The translations under genes and the position numbers were made by a program. A stretch of DNA of 64,000 bases from positions 2,268,689-2,332,688 of the forward strand of contig JAUPSS010000007.1 of NCBI GenBank assembly GCA_040285825.1, given 5' to 3'. The notes beneath the pieces were generated by a model that had not been told where the DNA came from, ran no database searches, and saw only the letters and a list, made by a program, of their open reading frames with translations. The DNA comes from Eukaryota sp. TZLM1-RC. Lineage: Eukaryota > Protista > Metamonada: BaSk clade. Shown here in pieces: positions 46,440 to 58,075 of this stretch (within the stretch, counting starts at the first letter, position 1; every line of letters starts with the position of its first letter).

Positions 46440-47930
46440 ATAAATATTTAAAACTTACTTTACTTTGAATTGCCAACTATAAGTTTGATTGTTTTATTGC
46501 TGAATGTGACATTGAGAAACACATCAAATTTTTTATTTTAAAAATTTGTTATTCTGGAAAATTCACTCATATTTTAAGGTCAACTCCCCCATCGGTATCT
46601 CTCAATTCTTGCAGATCTTTTAACAAACTTCGAGTCAAATTTTTTTTCTTCTTTATAAGAAGTAAATGAATCTTTAATTCGAAGTCATGTATTTTGTTCA
46701 GCAGCTTTGGGTGGAATTGGACTCACCAAATCTTCGATTCTGTGTAAAGCAGCATTTTTGGGAGGTGGTAAAAATTTTGCTTTTGAATTTTTCCAAAGGT
46801 TCCCTTTTGATGTTCATCTGATCAATGGTGAATCAAATTTTTACTTGAATCAACTCCAATTTGAATTAGAAAATTTGCCAAGTGATATCTGGATTCAGTG
46901 TTTTCTTCCAAATGTTCAAGAAATTCCCACCCGATCACTTCCAAATTTACGTTTTTGCTTGAAAAAGCTTCAGCACCATCTGGTTAAATTATATGAAGGC
47001 TTGGATTATGAAGTAAGACTTGGCTTGCCCAAAACTAAAAATCCCGCTTTCGGTAATTTTTTAAAGGATATTCGTGATAGTTCAGCTGTTGCTTTAGTAG
47101 CTCAAGTTCCCTCTGTTTATGGACTTTTGTTAAAAAACAATGAATGGCTTCTAAACATGCGTTTTCATTGTTTTCTGTGGCCAAACAATTTGCCCAATCA
47201 TTTAACTTGTAAATTTGGTAAACCTCTTTTGTTTACTCATCTTTTGAACTGTAAACATTTCATTGCGTTTAGAAGCAAAGTGCATAATAACGTCAGGGAC
47301 CAAATTTATGTAATGTGTAAATCATATCGAGTACATTCCTTTTTAGAACCGCTGTTATCAAAATTAATTCTTGATGATCCCAATATTGATAGTACGCGTT
47401 ACAACAGAGCTTCTATGGGTCTGACTAGAGAAGATCTAGTTGTTCCTGGTTTAAATGGTAGTTTTACTATTTTGGACGCCATGTCTATTGACCCTTGTAA
47501 TTCCTCTAACGAACATCTCATTGACTCGGATGTAAATAATCCTCTTCTTGCAGGCGAAAAATATAAAATTGCTAAATATGCGAAACCCATTTCCTCGGTT
47601 AATGAAACTTCTCATGCCCAATATAATTTATGTCCATTTGTTTTTTCTTTGCTTGTATCTCTAGGTAAGGCTGCTATGGCTTTCCTTGAGGATTTTGTTG
47701 TAGTTGTAAAGGAAACAACTGGAAGAATTTTCAATCGTGTTTACTGGCAAAACAGGATTGTATTTTCTATTTTTAAGGGAATGGTAAAACTAATTTCTGA
47801 TTCACTATCTTCTTTTGGAAAATTTTCTGAATCTTTAGCAATTAATTGTTTTGATGTAGGGGAGGCAGGTTTTGAGGATGTGGAGTTTTAATTGTGTATT
47901 TCATATTTGTTGTTGAATAAAAATTAGTAG
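46440..47930 (+). mobile_element. RLE-2 non-LTR retrotransposon, 5'-truncated (ORF 46707-47891)
   Basis: LGGIGLTK, HLLNCKHF, RSKVHNNVRD, DAMSIDP, KIAKY, CPFVFS. Confidence 0.9.
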
Positions 47931-48026
47931 AATAAACAAAATAAGTTTGATTGATTTCCTTGAATTTTCTGATTAAGGAAACCAATTGTTAATCATGTCC
48001 AACTGTATTTTTTTGTGTTGACTGTC

Positions 48027-49573
48027 ATGAATAACGCTCTACAAACCACAACTGTGGGAGCGTCTGCCAACCAGTTTTTTGGCTCAGAAGCAGGATAATC
48101 TATGGAAAGGCAATTCGAAGTTCTCGCTAGTATTGGAGCTCATGCTACTCATTTAGCACGACCCTCTATACTCCAATACCCAGAACACTCTATGTGGCTT
48201 ACTCAAAGCCAGTTCTGGTGCCTCTGTTTCGACTTTGTTTTTGAAAGAGAACCTAAACAAAAAAACCATTATAGAACCAGCCTGTGGATTTTCTAGCGCT
48301 GCAACATCTTGTTCAGCACTTTTGGCTATGGCGCCCACTGAATGAAACCACGTCAGCTAACGGTGTGAGAATCTGGTGCCACTCCAGTCTGCTTGGCAGT
48401 CTAGCCATTCAACTGTAGGAAGCTTTCTGCCAACTGTTGGCTGACAGCCTGTTGTGTGGAAACACAATTGTTTCAACAGCTTTGACCAGAATCGTCCCAA
48501 AAAGTACACTGGGTGTGTACTTAGAGATCTTCGGCCGGTGATACCATTTCACAATGGAATGCACCAACATATTTTGACTCACTGGCTACATAGGACAGTA
48601 AATGCCTATATTGGTGGAATTCAAAATATGTTGGAAACCTCAATGAGAAATAAACTATTTATCATAAATGTGCAAACTGCAGCCACAATCTGTCAGTCAG
48701 GACTGAACATTTTATCTTTTTCAGAAGATAAATGCCCTGCGGTTATGAAAAGGCACTCTCTCGCCTTTATCCAGTTGGTATCAATGCTTCTGCAGTTTGA
48801 ATAAAAAAGCCCAATCTAATTTACAGTGTTCGGCGGTGCGGGGTGTACGGGTTCGTGCTGGGTGCGCACCCCGTACCCTCAGTGCGTGAAGAAAGTGGTG
48901 TGGTGCGGGTACAGGGTGCGTTGTTCTATTTAACAATAAAAGAAATTACATATAATTTATACTAGATCAATAAGGTATTAGTCAATAGTCAAATCATCTA
49001 ACATTGGTCAAATCATCAAAAAATGGATCTACAAACCACTCAGCTTCAGATACTTCATCCTCAGACTCAACTTCATCAACCTCACAATCTTTTGATGTCT
49101 CCGATCCCAAATTTTCTTCAAGCTCATAATTGCTATCATTTTCTTCTTCGATGATGCTTTGGACACCCATTCCGTCTCCTAAATAGTCTACTGCTAGTAC
49201 TTGTCTAGCTAACTTCTCATTGTGCTTGATGAAGACTAATTTCCGAAGTTTTTCTGACAAGATTCTGTTTCTCTTCTTAGTATGAATAGCTTCATACTGA
49301 GACCAGTTTCTCTCACAGGCTGAAGCTGAAGCAACTTGGGCTAGAATTCTTTGCGCAACAAACTGCAGTATCTTTCATAGAACGATCTATCATGATGACG
49401 GAAGGGTAAATAACGCTAAGTTCGATTGCCCTCGATGTCAGACCAACTGGTCTAAGGACATCTTAGCCTCCAGAAATCAGCTGGAGATTACAATCAGTGA
49501 GTATTTCACTGGTACTAGGTCAGAACCATTCCAAAGACCAAGGCGTGTGAGACGTCTAAGGAGACAGCAGTAG
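48027..49573 (+). pseudogene. Fanzor locus D, central part replaced by a hAT remnant
   Basis: YPEHSMWLTQSQFWCLCFDFV aligns with locus C FPEDSHFLTQHQFWIQCLDFV; 49371-49573 reads CPRCQTNWSKDILASRNQLEITISEYFTGTRSEPFQRP, matching the locus C C-terminus. Confidence 0.85.
48824..49370 (-). mobile_element. hAT DNA transposon 3' remnant
   Basis: hAT dimerisation domain ILAQVASASACERNWSQYEAIHTKKRNRILSEKLRKLVFIKHN; terminus CAGTGTT at 48824 with GC-rich subterminal repeats. Confidence 0.85.
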
Positions 49574-49685
49574 CTGTTTTCGCCAACGAAAATCCAAGGT
49601 GTTTAGTGTATACTAACCCTTGGTACTGAGAAGTTTACATCAGTGTTGGCGATATTTATTCCTTTCCATTTGATGTGAAATTCTT
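49574..49685 (+). ncRNA. putative Fanzor omegaRNA scaffold (type D)
   Basis: Starts just after the stop. Closing stem TCGCCAAC (49580-49587)/GTTGGCGA (49645-49652) encloses CCAAGG..TTAGTGTATACTAA..CCTTGG and ACTGA..TCAGT hairpins. Confidence 0.65.
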
Positions 49686-50149
49686 AGTAGTTCTCACTCC
49701 TATCAATTTGATATAGTCAACATCGACACATAATGGACCACAACGTATTTCTGAAATTTGCAATTCAAATACATTGTTTTGATTTTCCTTTTGCATTTCC
49801 CTTTACAACACCCAGCACAATTGTTGCGGCTTGGTCAATTGATTAACAAAACAATAAGATTACCACATACTGACGGTTATAATTAACAACAAATAGATTC
49901 AAAATAATTGAAGTATCATATTTGGCATTTTTTCAATTGAACCAGTATATTATTTCCAATATTCAATGCATAATCGAATAGGTTGTACTGTAAATTCACA
50001 ATCTTGTCTTGTTCAGTAAACGAAGAACAACCATGTACAAAAGTGTTTAAAATCTGTCTGTTGATTTTATAAAAGTTTAAAATTTCATTTTTTGGCAAAT
50101 CACTAAATTGAAAACAAGACAATACACAGAGTTTATACAACATTCACAA

Positions 50150-51241
50150 CTATTCAGTCTTTGAATCTGAATCACTTCTCTTCTTTGCTTTTTTTACAAA
50201 CAAAATCTCACCTTGCTGAGCCAGTGGACTCTTCTTTGGAGAATCAGGAACAACTACTGAACCCCAATCAAGAGACAGAGAACTAACAACTGCATGTCGC
50301 TGTTGTGCTGGCACTTCATCATCACTATCATCATCAGAGCTGGACATAAAAATCTCTTCCTCCTCTTGCTCAATGTTTTCGGTTTTTTCCTCTTTTATAG
50401 TTTCCTCCACTTTTGGTGATTCTACCTCACTATCAGAGTCACTATCAGAGTCACTATCAGAGTCACTATCAGAGTCACTTAAAACAATAAGCTGTTTCTG
50501 CACCTTTCTAGTCTTCACAACAGTTTTAGGCTGTTCCATCATGTCCAATGGTGGAGGTAATTCAGTAGGAGCAGCCAAGGTAGGAGCTTCTGACGTTTCC
50601 ACAGGTTGAAACGGGGATGACGAGAACAGTGAGTGAGAAGACTCATCTAAGGCAGCAATTTCTGAGCTATAATGTTGAAATGGGTTCATTGCAGGTTCCA
50701 TCATTGAAACATCTGTAGGTAATGTTGGTAGGTCAGCAAGTACACTGTCATGAATGTTAGAGAAATCCAAGGCGGTCTTAGCAGGAGTAGGACTTAGGAC
50801 ATGTACTGAGTCTTCTACAGGCTCAGGTTCCAGAGGAGAGTGTGAAGATTGAGAAATGGTAGAGGGAGGTGATGATGTAATGTAGGAGGCTCGACGCTCT
50901 TGACGCTCCTGTTCCATTTCGGGGTTGATGAAAGAATCAATAGTTGCCCCGTCCATTGGTTCATCCCATAAAATAGCTGGGTCGTCAATCTCTGGTTCCT
51001 CAAACTGTTCAGGTGGCGGGGTAGTCGTATCCCGTTGCTTTTGTTTCTGACCTTGCTTCCTTGTGTTATTTGGTGAAGTGGGGTTTTGGCCCCTGCCTTT
51101 GCGTGGATTATGGGTTTTCTTATTGCCTTTGCCAGCCAGGGAAGTTTTGAACACATTCATATCCAACTCAACAAGAGGATTACAAATACCCAAGCTGATG
51201 GTATTAAACTCATCCCTGGTGTAGCAAGTTCGGGTGGCCAT
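50150..51241 (-). CDS. hypothetical low-complexity acidic protein with a Ser-Asp repeat
   Basis: 363-aa ATG ORF; 12-bp tandem repeat (tcactatcagag) at about 50427-50478 encodes SDSDSD. Confidence 0.6.
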   Translation of the reverse strand: MATRTCYTRDEFNTISLGICNPLVELDMNVFKTSLAGKGNKKTHNPRKGRGQNPTSPNNTRKQGQKQKQRDTTTPPPEQFEEPEIDDPAILWDEPMDGATIDSFINPEMEQERQERRASYITSSPPSTISQSSHSPLEPEPVEDSVHVLSPTPAKTALDFSNIHDSVLADLPTLPTDVSMMEPAMNPFQHYSSEIAALDESSHSLFSSSPFQPVETSEAPTLAAPTELPPPLDMMEQPKTVVKTRKVQKQLIVLSDSDSDSDSDSDSDSDSEVESPKVEETIKEEKTENIEQEEEEIFMSSSDDDSDDEVPAQQRHAVVSSLSLDWGSVVVPDSPKKSPLAQQGEILFVKKAKKRSDSDSKTE

Positions 51242-51404
51242 TACTGGGCAATTAAGATGAAAGACTGGATTGTGAAGTCAAGAAACTTGAAAAATTTTAA
51301 TGATTTTTTAAACAACTCAAAAATACTTGTTTCAAACCATTCGAAAGTTTCTTTTCCAACACTCACAAATCTTGACAATAGCTTTGGTGATCATCAAATA
51401 TGAA

Positions 51405-52130
51405 ACAAATAGAGAAAATACAAATGGATACAAATTGTTTTTGCATGCTGTTAAACAGACAATTTGGACAAAGGTTCACTACATTTTTTGATTTTCAAAT
51501 TTTCAAGATTTAAAAAAGGCTTATGAATTTCAGAATTAGCAAGCCTTTCATTTTAGACATTGAAAAGGATCAACAGACATTACATCCAATAAAATGAAGG
51601 TTCCAACTAATCCAGGTAATATGAATCAACCTGTTATTCTCATGAAAATCATCTTCAGTATCAAACAGATTTGACAACAGAGGTTCCAAAAAATATTTCA
51701 ACTCAATGAGAATTACACATTCAATATAAATGGTCTCTTACAGCATCATGAACTTTGCTTCTAAAAGTAATAAAATGCTTACAATTTAACAAATAAGTAG
51801 TTGGAAATTTTCGAGAACATTTTCAAATTAAAATTTGATGCAAATTATCAAACCAGATTAAGGAACGAAGTCTCATATCCAAAGTATAGACAGAATCAGA
51901 TGAAAGAGTGCCATAAACTTGAGGAATGGTTGTTACTAAAACAGAACATCACTATCACACACATCTTTTCAAAGATTTGCAAAAGCAATATTTTTTTTCC
52001 TAGCCACACCAAGTCCAACATCAAAATTCAAGCTTTCAAGAGTCTTTGACTGAAGTTTTTTTTACAACATAACTGCAAATTCAAAAGATATCGCTCAGAA
52101 TAACTTGAATTGATTGGGTTGAAATTATTG
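51405..52130 (-). mobile_element. degenerate RLE-1-related non-LTR remnant
   Basis: Nucleotide similarity to 35810-36520 (e.g. ggtctcttacagcatcatgaac, ggatcaacagacattacatccaataaaatgaag). Confidence 0.85.
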
Positions 52131-52289
52131 GAAATTTCTTGTAAGCTCTTTTTCAATGTCTTTATTAATTCCAACCAGAAACTAAACAACAATCTTAAAG
52201 CTGCACAACAATACCAAATCAGCAAAAGAGAATTGACCGGAAGTTTTGCCCTCAAAAAAACGACCAAAAGATGATAAAGCAGAAAATAA

Positions 52290-52950
52290 CAAGGGCACAA
52301 CCCTTTAAAATTTGAAAATATAATTCTGTTCTGTCAAGACATTTTGTCCAAAATTCTTGGTGTTCGTTGTTTTACAAGATCAACAAAATCATCCAAGAAA
52401 GATAAAGCAAGTGGTCCAAGCGTGCCATGTAGGGAAAAAACAGATGGACAAAGGACATAATGAGTATGCGATTCGCCATTAAAGGATAACAACTTTGATA
52501 TTGATTCATCAATTTTTTAGTGTTTTCGGTAAGAAACAGCGTATTCTTGTATTTTGATTAAGCTAACGGTATAAAAGAATTATTGAGGGATCTCCTCACA
52601 TCAGTCATGATAGTCATCCCTTTATGACCTTCAAGCATCAAATCACCTTTATTTCGACCAACAGAATTTAAAGTATCAACCAACAGAAATGCTGTCTAAA
52701 AACAAAATCCAATGCAAAAAGTTAAACAACTACGACAACTGTGTCTTCGAGGAAGATGTGGTGCTGGAGTTCAGTCAATATTTTCCTCTGATATTGCTAA
52801 ACCAATTCTTGGAACTGTACAAGAAGCTCCATCCTGAAGAAAATTTTATTTGTCCAAAACCCAATATTTGTCATTTTTGGACTAATTATCCAATTAATGC
52901 TTTATTGTTATTTGCATTTTCAAGTCTATTCCAACAATGATTTCAAAGGC
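52290..52950. mobile_element. mixed degenerate RLE non-LTR fragments
   Basis: Minus strand CPSVFSLHGTLGPLALSFLDDFVDLVKQRT (RLE C-terminus); plus strand KKLHPEENFICP (pre-RT region). Confidence 0.6.
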
Positions 52951-53119
52951 ACTTTTAGCTATTGGTGTAGAATATGAACGTAATGCTGTGAGTAGGTTCA
53001 GTAATAGTGACGCTTGTTTGGAGGATATTGAATTCTAGATGGGTTTTTTATCTCAATAAATATTCCAGTTTTTTTAAAAAAATTAATGCTTCTAAAATTC
53101 TTGTTTTTAAATACATTCA

Positions 53120-54780
53120 TTCAATGGAAAACTTATAAATCAACATCTAAATAATCCATCTCTCCCAAAACAAAACAACTAGATGCAACTCTCAAAATTT
53201 GATGATGAAAATACATGACTTCGGATTAGTTCAGAATTGACATCAATCAAAGATGCAAAAAAATTGTTCTTAAGTGGTTAAAGGTGCGGCAGAACTCACG
53301 TGAAATATTAGGAGAAGTTGTTTTTAAAATGTGAGTAATTTTCCCTGAGTAACAAATTTTTAAGATAAGAGACTTAATATGTTTCTCTATTTTAAGTGAA
53401 GAAATTGTATCAAGTTCAGAGCCAAATTTCATTAAAAAATTATTCAATTTATCCATAATTTCGGGAACATTTTTAAGCCAGCAACCAAGGAAACGAAAAG
53501 CATTTCAGGAATAAGTTTACCAAAGGAATTTCAGCATGATCAATGGTTAATCTATCTTTCACATTTCCCGACAATTGCCGATTTTGAGCAAAAGTCCAAT
53601 ATTTTGGTAAAATAGTGGAGCCTTAGAAGCAATTTTATTCAAAACATTTAAAAAAGCCAATAATTGAGATATCATCCATATTTCCAACTATTTTCAACAT
53701 TGGATAACGTTTGCTGAAATAAATCAAGGACTTGTAAATTGCTGAACAAAACAGTAATGGCCCAAGGATATCACCTTATTCAACTCCAGAAGAAGAAAAG
53801 AGTGTAGGATTTATAAATTAGTTCACTAGTTACGCCATAAAATAAATAGAAATAGCTGGATAATTCTGGAAATACTTTTTGGTTAACAACATTAACTGCA
53901 CTTCGATGTACAGAATTAAAAATATAATTCTGATTATTAGAACCAATATATAAATCAGAAGTGAATGCGGAAACTGAAGGACCATCAATTGTTTTAACTC
54001 CAAATTTAAAAGGTGCTAAAAAATTTGGAGCCTTTGAAGCAACACGATTGACAACAATTGATGCAAGGAGACTATGTAAGAGAGTAAAAAAGAGAAAAAA
54101 AGCAAAGATAGTAATTGATTCACCAATGGCAATTAGACGAATTCCATCTTGCTTCTTCTCATTTTCAGGTTTTATCAAGGCGATCAGGCGAGCAGTAAGT
54201 AATTCAGAAAGAGGAGTAATAAATTTTAGGCTTACAACAACAGAAATTTTCCGCAGGGTAAAGTTGTTCCAATTTCATCACTGTTTTATCAGAAGGTTCA
54301 GCCAATCGAGAAGAAAAACGGCTTTCTTAACTGAACCGTAACGACCCTTTAGACACATTTTTACAACCAATTTAGATTTATGTGAAGGCGAAGTTGAATT
54401 TCGCGATTTACTTGATTTTTTCAATTGAGATTTTTCTTTGTAAAAAATTTCCAAAATTCGTCATGATCCAATTAATATTCTTCAATTGGAACAAAATTTA
54501 GCAATTCATAAGACAAAGAAATCGAACTGGCAGGGCTTTTTTTGACAGCAATTTTGACAGGGGGTCTCAAGGTATCTGAAGCAGTACAGCAATTGCAAAA
54601 TAAAATCGGTCGACCTTGACTGACTCAGTTAGAGCTTTTGAACAAAAAATACAATGGAAAGAATAAGGGACTCGACCATCGTGATCAACGTTAGTTAAAG
54701 TTGAAAAATTAGAATATTTTCCTGAGGAGAATTTATTCCGAACAAACCAATTTTTAACTTCAAAGGAGTTTTTCCTTTAA
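53120..54780 (-). mobile_element. degenerate RLE-3 non-LTR copy with a short RLE-1 3' fragment at its left end
   Basis: Reverse-complement similarity to 33130-34850; DGIRLIAIGE, APFKFG, KICYSGKITHILK. Confidence 0.85.
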
Positions 54781-54819
54781 CTCCAAAATTTCCAGCATTA
54801 ATTTTCAGAAGCAAACTCA

Positions 54820-55718
54820 AACTTTGAAATAAAATAAAACGTCGACTATTTATTCAAACAAACATCATTGCATGAACAATCAAACTAGGAAAAAAACATC
54901 TGAGTTTAACAAGATAAAGAACCTCAGCGAATCTTTGACTACACTACATGTCTTCCAACAAACAAGGAAGATATGTTGTTGATTTGTGGATAAAGTGTAA
55001 CAAAAGTAATCTGCAAACGATACCATCCAATAATGAATGAGGCCAGGTTCGAGTATTGAGATTATGCCCGGCTGCTTATTCTTGATTCTTAAAAATACAG
55101 ATACATGTAAAATCTTCAATGATATTGAGATAGTGCAGTGGGACGTAAATTGAATGGTTTTATAGTGACAAAAAGGCAGGAGCCATTATGTAGTTTAATT
55201 ACTTTGTTTATATGGATTTTGTTACCAACACGTTTTGAGCACTACAGAAGAAGATCTGACATGTGTTGGCTCCTCGCCATAGTTAGTTGTTTGTTCTTTA
55301 CAGTAATCACATGATGCCACGTCATCACGTATTAATCTAGATATAATTTCATTTGATTATTCACTCCCGTTGTAATAAACACCCTGTTTTCCCGTTTATT
55401 ACCCGATGCATGCCCATGATGATATTGACCCAACACATGTACCATGTGAACTGGGATTTATATATTTTGTTGACATGTAAAGCAATGAAGCAGGAATGTT
55501 ACAGGGTACGTCACTCTAAGAACACTCTCGTAGCAAAACTTGGTAGATATGTACTCTAACCATTTGAACTGCTTGAAGGATTTCACAAATTCTAAATTTC
55601 CCATATTGCCACATCGTGCCACAACCCAAAAGGAAAGACCTTCACTTCAAAGACGACCCATTTTCCATGTGAAAATCCACATGCAGAAATGGCAACACAT
55701 TGTGAATAACCCTTCTGC
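54820..55718 (+). repeat. decayed duplicate of 11240-11965, including the 5' part of the 11726-12700 gene
   Basis: Second intron donor mutated (gt to at), small deletion, solo LTR inserted, truncated where Fanzor E begins. Confidence 0.85.
55264..55435. mobile_element. solo LTR (172 bp) with CATG TSD
   Basis: TGTTG...CAACA termini, CATG on both sides, internal AATAAA; the empty site gacatgtacc is visible in the paralogous segment near 11665. Confidence 0.85.
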
Positions 55719-55719
55719 T

Positions 55720-58075
55720 ATTTGTTTCGTTAAATACGAACTGTCTGCGTCTTGGCCTGTCGTCTTGCTCAATAATTTATGCTGCTGCATCCGCAGATAG
55801 GTCACTGGTTGTATCATCAACAGTTCTGGTATCAGTGTATGGACTTTGTGATGAAGGTCAATCCTCCAGTCCAAGCAATCTTTGAGAACCATCAGGAAGT
55901 TTACAAGGCCTTCTCTTATGCGAATGACCCAACCGAATGACCTGTATACCCTCTGGGTTGTGATAAAAGGACTGAAAACTGGTGTCATTCTGTCATCCGG
56001 AGCTTTTGCGCATTTCAAATGTCGACCAGCTTCTGTTAAACTATGACAGATGGCCCAGTTGTATAAAAGCTCAACTTCTATAAAACCATGGCAGTGTTTT
56101 TTGACTGTGAATCTCCGAAAAAATACGTTGTTGCCGTTCTCAAAGATGCAGCCGTTTCTGAGCAGTTACTGGGTTGGTGTGAGCAACATCATGCTTTCAA
56201 CCTTGATTTATTTAACCAACAAGTAGGTGACCTTGCCGAGTTCAAAGCCCTCATGGAACGCTGAACCAATGACCTTTAGCTTCGCCGCCAGCTTCCGTAT
56301 TTTGTCCTTCCTCGAGAATGAGGCGGGTGAAAAAATGAAAAGGCGTGCTCTGGCTCCCTCCGCAAGTTACTCTCCTGGCTTTATTTTATTCAGCCAGATA
56401 TTGACAAAACACCTTTTACGTTTGAACCCAGACAAACAATCTTTGAGGAACCCATTCAAACATTTCAACATGAAAAATGTTTCCCCATAGACCATTGCAT
56501 CGGATGGAGTACAAGTCAGATTAACTTTTTGGGCAGCCCTAAAAAAACCAAAAACCGCCGCACAGCCAGAGAATTCGCAGCCGATAAAACCAGTGGCGAA
56601 TACGATATGCTTGCAAAGAGTCGAAAGCGAAACTGCGAACTTCAACAACAGGTTTGTCCCAGGCAATTTCCAAAAACTGATGACGCCTACGAATACTCAG
56701 TTTGTGCAAATAATCTTACCCAGAAAAATTTGTGTGGCTATTCAATTGGATAAAGAAAAGATGATAACAGTGTTGACCATCAACTTTTGGGCCTTGTTTT
56801 AAATTCAAAGGCAAGGAAGATCATTCATCCACTGGTCTAGACCCATGTATCATCTAAGTTGCTATTTTGTACAGGATTTCCGCGAATGTCTGTGTGAAAT
56901 AGCAACGCCATTGGCATTGGTATTGACAAAGGAAGAAATCAGGAATCCCGGCTTCCGTCCGAGAACTATACTAGACCAATTGCTGATAAATGGAGATTGC
57001 TGAGTCCTGCGCCGCAACAAGTTTGACTTCTTTAAAAAAAGCAAAAATTGACTAATAATATTTATTGAAAAAATACACTGGTGCCTGTAATTAGTCTCAC
57101 TGAGACTAATTTTGTACTCCGTATTTTCAATGTTTAGGACAATATTAGTTTCAGTGAAACTAATTCTGCACTGAGACTAATTCTGCACTGAGACAAAATT
57201 TGTCCTGATGTTCTGAAGTAATAAAAACACTTTATTTGGTCGAAATATTCCAATACATAGCAATCTTCATCATCTCCCTCCAAGATTGAGGAAGATTGTT
57301 GTCTGTTTCATTTTCATCAGTAGAGGGAGATTCATTAGCAGCATTATAAGACGAAGGATTGCGGAGCTCAACTTTCGCAAATGCTCAAAGGATAAGGGAC
57401 CCTGAAAAGATATTGTTCATTAACAAAGGGTAGGAGCTACTGAAAGGAACAAACTAGACAGAATACAATCTTTGATATGTGTTTAATACCACACTATAGT
57501 TATGTTTTCGAAGTTTCATATGTGAATGCTCCATGAAAAAGAGGTCTTGTTTACTGTTGAGCTATTACATCCATTGCAAACTTTATCAAATGGAATAATT
57601 TTAAACAATATTAGTCTCACTTGAGGAGTTTGGGACACCTCTTGAACAATATTAGTCTCAGTGAGACTAACTGTGCACTGAGATTAATTTTGCACTGAGA
57701 CTAATTACAGGCATGAGTGTAAATAGCTAGTGAAAGAGAAACAAAAATTTGGTTTGGAAGTGGGGGTGATAAGCTTTCAAGACAAGCTCTTAAGACCCCA
57801 GAGAATCTCTTTTAGAAGGAGATTCAGAAACATTTTACATATGTGAAGCCTAATGGAGATGAATTCTACACATCTGCCAAAACTAATTGCTGTAAGGTAT
57901 TGAATCAAAAATTGTATCATGATAATGGGAGTTAAACAATGATAGGTTTGTTTGCCCTCAATGTCAGACATTTTGGTCGATAGACATCTCAGCCTCCAGA
58001 AACCAGCTGAAGATTGCCATGTGTGAGCATTGCTACAATAAAAGACCTAAGGCGTTTTGGAAACCCCATAGATAA
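55720..58075 (+). pseudogene. Fanzor locus E, 5'-truncated, degenerate, split by a MITE
   Basis: HPQIGHWLYHQQFWYQCMDFV; RRALAPSASYSPGFI; TIASDGVQVRLTF; NLCGYSIG; KWRLL; LRRNKFDFF; after the MITE IWFGSGG...GDEFYTSAKTNCC...CPQCQTFWSIDISASRNQL...KRPKAFWKP. Confidence 0.85.
57076..57719. mobile_element. MITE (644 bp), Tc1/mariner-type TA TSD
   Basis: TIR CACT(GG/CA)TGCCTGTAATTAGTCTCA at both ends, TA at 57074-57075 and 57720-57721, subterminal TGCACTGAGACTAATT repeats; removing it rejoins the Fanzor E sequence. Confidence 0.9.

Noticed and set aside
49660-49701. Partial complementarity between the region after RNA D (tgtgaaattc...cactcct) and the conserved B tail
   Set aside because: The match is split into 10 and 7 nt by an 11-nt gap; compatible with chance in AT-rich DNA.
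57076-57200. CRISPR-like array of TGAGACTAATT repeats
   Set aside because: Irregular spacing, no unique spacers, mirrored at 57610-57719; these are MITE subterminal repeats.
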